Shown piece by piece: positions 24,904-33,973 of a stretch of DNA of 64,000 bases. Under the pieces are notes generated by a model. It did not search any database. It was not told the origin of the DNA and saw only the letters and a list, made by a program, of their open reading frames with translations. How positions within the stretch are numbered: position 1 is the first letter of the stretch; every line of letters begins with the position of its first letter. The DNA comes from Chromera velia (Eukaryota). The position numbers and the translations under genes were made by a program. The stretch spans positions 62,001-126,000 of the forward strand of contig JAHBMJ010000310.1 in the NCBI GenBank assembly GCA_018398765.1, given 5' to 3'.

Positions 24904-25100
24904 ATGGAAGGCGTGGCGGCGCTTGCATGCAGAGCCTTGAGCCGGGCGTTTAAGCGCGTCGTCGCCGCATGTATCACGACAGAAAAAGTAAGAAAAAGAT
25001 ACATAAAAGATACGAACAACAGAGAACAACGATGATTGATGAAAAGAACGAGAAATGGAAGAAACCCTCGGTAACTCAGTCGGTGAAATCGAACGGACAC
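24904..25100. repeat. ~195-bp direct repeat, copy 1 (copy 2 at ~30187-30380)
   Basis: ATGGAAGGCGTGGCGG...CAGAGCCTTGAGCCGGGCGTTTAAGCGCGTCGTCGCCGCAT...GAAATCGAACGGACAC occurs at both places with few substitutions and indels. Confidence 0.95.
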
Positions 25101-25224
25101 CCCCTCATGCGGAAGCGTCTGTTTCGTTCTTCCGGCTCGTTGAGTACCCATCAGCCAACCTCCTTCGAAAAATGAAGGACGGAGGTCGATTGTCGTTCAT
25201 ACTCATGTCTCTTTCAATTCAGCT

Positions 25225-25342
25225 CCTCGGACCGAGGCAGCATTGAAACCATCGCCCCTCGAAATGAGGCAGCATTCACACCTTCACTCCTCGAAACGAG
25301 GCAGCATTCACACCATCGCTCCTCGAAACGAGGCAGCATTCA
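25225..25342. repeat. Tandem array of 32-bp units, each with a CCTCG-AAA-CGAGG hairpin; further copies at ~25611-25690
   Basis: Units start at 25225, 25257, 25289 and 25321 (exact 32-bp period). Consensus CCTCGAAACGAGGCAGCATTCACACCATCGCT. Confidence 0.92.
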
Positions 25343-25859
25343 CATTATTAGAGCACGAGACGTGCCCCTCCGGCGAACCGCTGCTTGAACTGTCTACGAA
25401 ACGCAGTTAACGGCAAGACTTGCCACCCAACTGAAGACTTCAGCTGCACTCTGACTCTGGGTCTAAGCTAGACTTCCTTATGCTGCCTGCAACAGAGCGT
25501 CGTGCTCACACGCTGACGGCTGCCAGATTGACTCAGGTCAGCCACGAAAGACAGACGAAAATTCGCACACTGTCAGCCGCGCAGAAAAATTTATTCTGCC
25601 CCTCAGTGGACCTTCACTCCTCGAAACGAGGCAGCATTCAGTGACACAATTTCGCTTCTTGAAACGAAGCAACATCATCACCCTCGCTCATCGCGAAAAC
25701 GTACTTTCATCCTTTCAGATCATCTATAGTTCTTGGCACCTTTGGATCGTCCACACATCCTCACACCTTTATTCGGATCGTCTGTAGATCCTCACACCCC
25801 CATTAGGATCATCTGTAGATCCTTGCATCACCACACATCCCCATCTTAATCCGCATTCA

Positions 25860-26890
25860 TTGCTTTTTGCAGACAGCGGAGCGCAAAGATCCCTCCCTCT
25901 GTATTTATTCCTCCTCAGACGGCAAAGGGAAAAGATCCCCCTCTCTACACTCATTCTTTTGCACTGCCAGACATTCACAGACAGCAAAGGAAACAGACCC
26001 CCCTTTCTGCACTTATTCGTTCGCAGACAGCAAAGGGAAAAGATATAAAAAGATCCCCCTCTCTGCGTTCATTCCTCCTTGCAGACACAGACCTATCCTT
26101 CTGCATTCCTTCTTGCTTATAGCCAGATGAGGGCAAAGATCCCTCTCTTACTCATCTTTTCGCAGACGTTCGCAGACAGCAACGGGAAACGACCCCCCTC
26201 TCTGTATTCATTCCTCCTTGCAGACACAGATCTATCCCTCTGCATTCCTTCTTACTTACAGCCAGATGAGGGTAGAGATCCCTCTCTGCATTCCTTCTTG
26301 TTTACAGCCAGACAAGGGCAAAGATCCCTCTCTTCACTGATTTCTTCTAGCTAGTCTTCTAGCATTTCTTCGCATAGTCTAACGTTCACGGACAGCAAAG
26401 GGAAAAGACCCCCCTCTCTGTATTCATTCCTCCCTGCAGACACAGATCTATTCCTCTGCATTCCTTTTTTCTTTCACACAGTGAAGGGCAAAGATCCCTC
26501 TCTGCATTCCTTCGATCTTGCTTGCAGACACAGGTCCACCCTCCGCATTCTTCCCTTCCTGCACATGCAAGTGAAAGGCAAAGATCTCTCTCAACATTCC
26601 TGCTTGGTGGCAGCCAGACAAGGGCAAAGATCCCTCTGTATTCCTTCTTACAGACAATTAAAGAGAACACGGATCCCTCTCTCAGCATTCATGCCTCCCT
26701 TGCACACAGCAAAGGGCACAGATGCCTCCCCCTGCAGTCACTCCTCCTTGCAGACAGCGAAGGGCAAGGATCCATTCCTCTGCATCCACTCCTTCTTACG
26801 GATAGAAATAATTCCGAAGGGCATAGATCCATCCTTCTACGTCCTTTTGTATGCATTCTGGCTTGCAGACAGGTACAGATACAGATCTGA

Positions 26891-26936
<46 letters not shown>

Positions 26937-29032
26937 ATTTCTCTGCACTCATTCCTTAATTATTTATATTATTCTTGTAGACAAAGAAACATACAGATCC
27001 TTCTCTCTCGCATACCGGGGGTAAGTGGGGTGCTTTTTGCCCCCCCCTCTGCATAGGAGACCGGCACTTTTCCGCAAAAAACTCGTTCTCATAATTGGTA
27101 AAGAATTAGAAGCTGAAACTTTGTGTAAGAAGACGTTATAACAATAGAAAAAAAACTATGGAACAAATTTTTTATATCATTTCTAGAAACATAGGCTTCT
27201 ATACAAAATTCGTGAGTTTTATACCGTTTTTTTTACTATTAGGAACCCGTTAAAAAATGGCCTAAAAATAAAAAAAAAATGTATGGTAGCCTATGTTTCT
27301 AGAAATGATATAAAAAATCTATTTCATAGTTCTTTTTCTATTGTTACAACGTCTTTTTACACAAAGTTTCAGCTTCTAACTCCTTACCGATTATGAGAAC
27401 GAGTTTTTTACGGAAATTGGTGATTATGCGCCGCTTTAGGGGGACAAAAAGCACCCCACTTACCCCCGGTATACGCTGCATTCATTCCTTCTTGTAGATA
27501 AGACAGGGTAGAGATTGCTCTCTGCATTCACTCTCGGATTTATTTTTTCTTGCAGACTGTTACAGCGAAGGGCACAGATCCCTTTTTCTGCATTCATTCC
27601 TTCTTGCATCCTTCTTACAGATAAGAGAGGGTAGAGGTTCCTCTCTGCATCCATTCTCAAATTCTGTTCACGTCGCAGACAGCGAGATTAAAAGTCCCTC
27701 TCTGCATTCATGTCTTCTCATAAACAGCAAAGGACACAGATCCCTCAGTCTGCATTCATTCCTTCTTGCAGCTCTAGACAGCGAAGGGCACAGATCCCTT
27801 TCTCTGCATTCATTGCTCCTTGCAGATAGGAGAGGGCAGAGATCCCTCTCTGTATCCATGATTCCCAGATGCATTCCACTTCCCAGACAGTGAAACGCAT
27901 AGATCCCCCTCGCTACATCGCTCTGCATTCATTCTTTCATTCCATGACCTACGGACAGAAAGGGCATCTTAGATCCCTCTCTGCTTTTATTCTTTCTTAC
28001 AGATAGGAAAGGGCAGAGATCCCTCTCTACATCTATTCTAAGATTCAGTCTGCCTCACAGACAGTGAGAGCAAAAGTCTCTCTCTGCATCTATCCCTTCT
28101 TGCAGCTCTAGACAGCGAAGGGCACAGATCTCTTTCTCTGCATTCATTCCTCCTTGCAGATAGAAGAGGGCAGAGATCCCTCTCTACATCCATTCTCAGA
28201 TGTTTTCCACTTCTCAGACAGTGACGAGCACAGATCCTCTTCACTATATCGCTCTTTAACATCGCTTTGCATTCATTCCTTCAATGACATTCCTGCCGAG
28301 AGAAAGGGCATATTAGATCTCTCTCTGCTTTCATTCCTTCTTGCAGATAGGAAAGGGCGGAGATCCCTCTCTACTGTACCATCCATTCTCAGATTTAGTC
28401 GGCATCGCAGACAGTGAGAGCAAAGCTCCTTCTCTCCATTCATCCCTTCTAGCAGACAGCGAAGGGCACAGATCTCTCTCTCTGCATTCATTCCCTCTTA
28501 CAAATAGGAGAAGAAAGATCCTTCTCTACATTTATTCTCAGATCCATTCCGCCTCGCAGAGAGAAACGCACAAATCCCTATCTCTGTACCGCTCTGCATT
28601 CATTCCTTCTTGCAGACAGGGAAGAGCAAAGATCTCTCTCCATACATCATCAAAGACGGACACTGATGGGTAGATACCCCTCTGTTTACATTTATTGCTT
28701 CACGGGTAAAAAATTCAATTAAAGGCATATTACAGGCACAGATGCCTCTCTTAGATCTCTCTTAGATGCTGCATTCATTCACATAGTTTTCTTTCTGTTT
28801 CTTCTTCTCCCTCTGTATGTGTTCATATATTACTGCATCCATATACACATGTACATATTTTCTTTCTTGCAGACAGAGAAGCCTTTTCAGATGCCTCTAA
28901 TTGCATTTTCTCCATCGATCTTCCAGATAAAGGCAGAGATCCCTCTTTCCATATTCATTCTCTCTGACAAAAGAGAAACTTTAAGGTATGGATTGCTATA
29001 TTTATGTATATCTCTCGCTCTCTCAGTGTGTA

Positions 29033-29073
<41 letters not shown>

Positions 29074-29830
29074 GCATATCAATATATCTTTTTCTTATAG
29101 CTGGCAAGAGAAGGGCACGGGTTGCTCTCTCTTGATTTCTCAGGTCATTCTCTCAGGTCATTCTTTCATGACATTATCAAGGGCTCATGCATCACTCCTT
29201 GTATTAAACCATATGATGTCTGTGTATGAGTGTCTATGTATGTGTGTATATGTGCTATAGGTGTATATGTGTGTGTGTGTGTGTGTGTATGTGTGTGTGT
29301 GTGTGTGTATGTGTGTGTGTATGTGTATGTGTATATGTGTGTGTTGCATTTGTGTCTGTATATACATGCTATATAAATATATACAGAGGACAGACAGGGA
29401 AGGTTACAGATCGCTCTCTCGGTATTTATCCTTCTTGCAGCGGGGAAAAGCGCAGAATCTGATCTTTTTCAGCATTCATTCCATCTTACAAATAAAAAAG
29501 GGCACAGAATCTGATCCCCCTCTGTATTCATATATCCCATCTTACAGACAGAAAAGGGCATAGATCTCTCTCTACATTCATTCCGTCTTACAGACAGCGA
29601 AGGACACAAATCACTCTCTGCATTCATTCCTTCTTGCAGACAGAAAAGGGCACAGATCCCTTTCTGCATTTAATGTTCCGTCTGACAGACAGAAAAGGGC
29701 ACAGATCCCTCTCTGCATTCATTCCCCCTTGTTGAGAGAGAAAAGCATAGATCCCCTTTACTACGTTCAAATATTTTCATTCCGTTTCATCCCCTCTTAC
29801 CGGTAGGGAAAGGCAGAGGCCCTCTCTGTA
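25860..29830. repeat. Diverged satellite of ~45-47-bp monomers with higher-order repeats, interrupted by a MITE and microsatellites
   Basis: Consensus about GCAGACAGCGAAGGGCACAGATCCCTCTCTGCATTCATTCCTTCTT, repeated dozens of times. Confidence 0.92.
27015..27469. mobile_element. 455-bp foldback MITE with TA TSD (pogo/Tc1-mariner-like ends) inserted in the satellite
   Basis: TA|CCGGGGGTAAGTGGGGTGCTTTTTG ... CAAAAAGCACCCCACTTACCCCCGG|TA (25-bp perfect TIR). Inverted arms extend ~180 bp. Confidence 0.92.
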
Positions 29831-29991
29831 TAATTGAATTAAATTTACTACCATGATTATTCATTTCGTACATACAATAGATTGTCATACATTTTTTCTG
29901 GCCACTGAGTAACCACGTTCTAAATATAATATATTTCTTCCGCAGTAGACTCACTGTTCCATCAGATCGGGGGCCCCGTTTAATATCAAAC

Positions 29992-30188
29992 AGGGAGCTG
30001 CCTAGGATCCCTTCGGACGATACCGCTAAAGAAAGAGCTAAAGCACAGCTTAGCCTTTCCAAAGCGTGTCGACGGGCCTACGGCTTGTCGAGGCCAACCC
30101 TCGGTAAGACGTGATCCTACATATATTCTGTGAGACCCCCTTTAAAAATAAAAATGTGAATATAGGCGACGATATAGAAGCTTAAATG
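29992..30188. repeat. Interspersed repeat, intact copy; a second copy is split across ~30570-30719 and ~32245-32367
   Basis: CTAGGATCCCTTCGGACGATAC.GCTAAA...GCTTAGCCTT and GGCCTACGGCTT...GTAAGACGTGATCCTA...ATAGGCGACGATATA.AAGCTTAAATG occur twice. Confidence 0.88.
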
Positions 30189-30380
30189 GAAGGCGTGGCG
30201 GTGCTTGCAGAGCCTTGAGCCGGGCGTTTAAGCGCGTCGTCGCCGCATATATCACAGCAGAAAAAGTCTAGAAAAAAAGTAAGAAAAAGATACGAACAAC
30301 AGAGAACAACGATGATTAATGAAAAGAACGAGAAATAGAAGAAACCCTCGGTAACTCAGTCGATGAAATCGAACGGACAC
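30187..30380. repeat. ~195-bp direct repeat, copy 2 of 24904-25100
   Basis: Alignment by eye with 24904-25100. Confidence 0.95.
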
Positions 30381-30959
30381 TTATGCACCCTTCCACTGCA
30401 TTAATAAATGAGCTTCTCGTTTTTTCGAATCGACCACCTTCGCAGCAATGCCGGGGCAACTACTCGGGTAGTGAACTCAGGTTTCTGAGGATGGACTATT
30501 CCGTACTTGTTGCAAGGGGTGTCTCGGATGGAAATCGGGCTACAAGGGAATCTAAAAAGGCGGCGAAGGAGGGAGCCGCCTACTAGGATCCCTTCGGACG
30601 ATACTGCTAAAAAAAGAGCTAAAGCATAGCTTAGCCTTCCCTAAACATATCGACCGGTTTGGACAATGTTGCTAAAGAAAAAGCTAAAGCACAGCTTAGC
30701 CTTTCCTAAGCGCATCAACCCTAGGAGGCTGCACTTGGTCTTATATGTAAATTCTACGGTGTAATTTCTACCCCAATTTTGGTCATTTTAAATAGGAACC
30801 TAAATAATTGATATACACAAACGGCTAAAACTACCAGATAAAACACATCATGTTGACTGATATTAGGTGGTTTATATCTATGCAATCATGATGTTGGGCT
30901 ATATTGTGGTACTTCAAAGTTGAACGATGTTATGTCGCCAAGTTTTGTTGGGCGTTGGG

Positions 30960-31562
30960 CTAGGGGGGGGCACTCTGGAAGGTTATGGTAGATTTTGAGC
31001 CCAAAATGACATAAAATATAAACAAAAACAGATTTTTGCGAGCTAGTCCGGCAACCTAAAGCTCTGCCTGGTCAAGTTACGTCGAAATCTGATGTTTTTG
31101 AAGTGTAGGCTACGTGGTTACTTTGGGTTACCCCCTTTTTATCTTTGTCACACAAAGAGGTTACAGATTACCCGGTTACAAACATTTTGACCTCAGTAAC
31201 CAACCAAATTTTCAACTTTTAAAAACATTCAAAATCATTATGATGTTTAAAATACGTTTGAATGCTTTTTGAGGTAGGTTACTTCATTTTTGAGGGGGGT
31301 CAAAAAAGGTTACGGGTTATCCGGTTACGGGGGGTTTGGGGGCAAAGTGAGTATGACACATCATTTTTCATCATTTTTGACAATAACTTGAATTGTTTAA
31401 CAATCTTGAAGCCAGTTTTATGAGTAACCAAACGTAACTAATCGATTGGCACCGCTTTTGACTGATGGTTACATGTCACACGTTGTAGGGGGGGTATGTA
31501 GTATCAGTAACCATGGTGTAACCAGCTGATTCAGAAGTGCCCCCTCTTTAAGGGCCCCTTAG
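30960..31562. mobile_element. Non-autonomous hAT-like element (inner, nested)
   Basis: Perfect 8-bp TSD GCGTTGGG at 30952-30959 and 31563-31570. Ends CTAGGGGGGGGCAC / ...GCCCCTTAG. Numerous GGTTAC/GTAACC motifs. Confidence 0.82.
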
Positions 31563-31572
31563 GCGTTGGGCT

Positions 31573-32021
31573 GTGTTGGGCCTGTTGGGCGGTGCCTAAC
31601 AGTACAAATGACCCAACAGTAGCCCAACATCACTTTAAAGTGCATAACAGACATTGTAGAGCTTTTTAGACCAACTAAAAAGCACACAATCAAGACAACA
31701 AAAATTAAAGCTAAATGCTACTTTAATATGAGCTTCATACTTTTTATAGAACGTATAAAGTCGTTGTTTGAAAGTGAGGGGCGGTGTTAAGACCTTTAAC
31801 CTCTAAAAAATGTGGCTCATTTTCAAATAACCATTTTTTACGTTTCATAAACAGTATAAAACTCATATTGAAGCAAGATTGAGCTCTAATTTTGTTCTTT
31901 TTGATTACGTACTTTTTAGTTAGTTTAAAAGGCTCTACAATGTCTGTTGTGCACTTTAAAGTGATGTTGGGCTGCTTTTGGGCCATTTGTACTGTTGGGC
32001 ACCGCCCAACAGGCCTAACAC
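31573..32021. repeat. Long imperfect palindrome (~210-bp arms, short spacer)
   Basis: GTGTTGGGCCTGTTGGGCGGTGCCTAACAGTACAAATG...CATCACTTTAAAGTGCA is mirrored by TGCACTTTAAAGTGATG...CATTTGTACTGTTGGGCACCGCCCAACAGGCCTAACAC. Confidence 0.9.
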
Positions 32022-32754
32022 TGTGTGATAGCCTAACAGACCCTAAGCCCAACAAAACTTGGCGACAGAGCTGGAAAAGATAAAAACATAGCCCAACATT
32101 TGAAAGACAAAGTTTTAACTAGCCCAACATGATGCTCTAAAATCTGCTTCATATGTTAGTTTTAATCGTTTCTTCATATTCCATCTATAACATTTTAAGA
32201 GATATAGCTAAAGCAAGGGGGGCATCTGGAGTGCCGCCCCCTAGGTATAGACCGGCCTACGGCTTATTGGGGCCAACCCTCGTTAAGACGTGATCCTATA
32301 TGTATTCTGCGAGACCTCCTCTATAAATAAAAATGTGAATATAGGCGACGATATAAAAGCTTAAATGCATGCGCATAATCTGCCGCGTGAGCCGTTCTAT
32401 GCATGGGCTAGATATATCATCACAGAGCTCACCGCCCAATATAAAACACCGGTGAAGTTCGACATGCATAGTTACGCTAGGAGCTAGAAAGTCAGAGTAC
32501 CGTAAAAACCCTAGGGCGGCTTGATAATATGATTGGGCCGCAGCAATCGATCAGCGAAATACGAGAAAACGAACTTTGCGGTGGTATACTCAAGCGGAAG
32601 CATGACGTTGCACGACGACACATGACGAAGAAATGCCGAAGAACAGAACACACCAAAGAACAACATACGCACGGAAGGGAACCAGGAAAGACGACGCCAA
32701 ATCGAGTACAAAACAGGATGGATAATGACGGATATATAGGTGTGCGCACGTATA

Positions 32755-32854
32755 CGGCCGGAATTTACGGCCGGGGCCGGGGCCGCGCCGCGGGGGGCGG
32801 GCCTCCGCGGCCGCGCGCGGCGTGGGCCGGGGCCAAACCGCGCGCGGCGGCGCG
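32755..32854. promoter_or_regulatory. GC box / potential G-quadruplex upstream of the TRF4-like gene
   Basis: GGGG-CC-GGGG-CCGCGCCGC-GGGGGG-C-GGG within a ~100-bp almost pure G/C stretch, preceded by GATATATAG. Confidence 0.4.
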
Positions 32855-33190
32855 TCCGAACTTCCGATCTAAAAAAGAGACAGCTGAACGTCGAACAACC
32901 CAAGCGCGATGGTGGAGAATGATGGAGAGTGCGATGACGGCTTGAGAAATCTGCTTGACTGCTGAGAGCATGACAGTGATCACAGACTGTGATTGCCAAA
33001 GTAAACAGGTCTTCGAGATTCATGTGTGAAAGTTAGAGCTGGACTTCGGCTCACCTGGTGTTAGAGCTGGACTTACGCTGATTCTAGCTCTTGCCAAGTA
33101 AACGCGCAGTCGTGCTGATCGTTGGCAGGGCAAGGCTGCCTTGCTTGCCATCAATACCTAACAACTCTCCATCAAATAGTGCGCAGTGAC

Positions 33191-33933
33191 ATGGAGGGCG
33201 GAGAGGTGCCGATGCAGGATGCGGCCAGCAGCAGCACTAGTAGCAGCAGCTCTTCCTCTGCTGTTCGTCCAGCGGAGGAGAGGGGATTGGTAATTTCTGG
33301 AAAGCGCCTGGACTTTTCAGAGGGTCTCTCCACTGTGGTGCCTTACTCAGAGGAGCTCCTGCTGCAGGATGAGGAGAAGAACAAGGAACAACAACAGCGG
33401 AACAACAAACTGAGGGTCAGTGTTTGCTTGATGAAAGGAGACGGCCACTCAATTCACACGGAGGTCTTGCTCAGTCTGCATGGATACATTCAAGCGCAAG
33501 CAAATGCAGTTTCTCTCTTGTTCATGCACCTGCAGAATCTTCTGAGGTCTCACAAGGAGAAGAATCCTGCCGAAGTACAGGCAGCCCCGCAATCCCTTGA
33601 CTTCATTTCCATTGAGCCAGTGAGAAGGGAGACAGGGTCCCTGGAGAAGGCCCTGCCCTGGTTCATCTGGCGGCCCTACCTGGCAGACAAGCCGTTTGTG
33701 ATGCTGCATGAGGAACTCATTGACCTTATTCTGTGGCTGCAGCCTTCCGCTGAGGAAGAGAAGGCACGCGGACGGGTAGGCATGTTGATTTGCCTGTCTG
33801 GCACCCTTTTTTTAGCTTTGTCATTTGCTTTTCTCCGTTCGCTTGCTCTCTGAGATGTTGTCGCCATCATTTCTCCCCCCCGCCCCCGCCCCCCCCCCTC
33901 TTTCCATTCGCTTTCTCTCCCTCCCCTCTCTCT

Positions 33934-33973
<40 letters not shown>

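Larger units (their letters stand above)
30721..32244. mobile_element. Non-autonomous hAT-like element (outer) containing a nested element and a long palindrome
   Basis: Ends CTAGGAGGCTGCAC / GTGCCGCCCCCTAG. Degenerate 8-bp TSD GCATCAAC (30712-30719) / GTATAGAC (32245-32252); the uninterrupted paralogous site near 30066 reads GTGTCGAC. Many GTTGGGC/GCCCAAC motifs. Confidence 0.7.

Noticed and set aside
25225..25342. CRISPR array
   Set aside because: Units are head-to-tail with near-identical 12-nt tails, no unique spacers and no cas genes.
25769..29669. ORFs with repeated ERDLCP / DPSLHSF peptides
   Set aside because: Translations of the non-coding satellite; frames break constantly.
29992..30188. 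Helitron 3' end (hairpin plus CTAG on the minus strand)
   Set aside because: Similarity between the two copies continues past the CTAG, and no clear TC 5' end or A|T insertion site was found.
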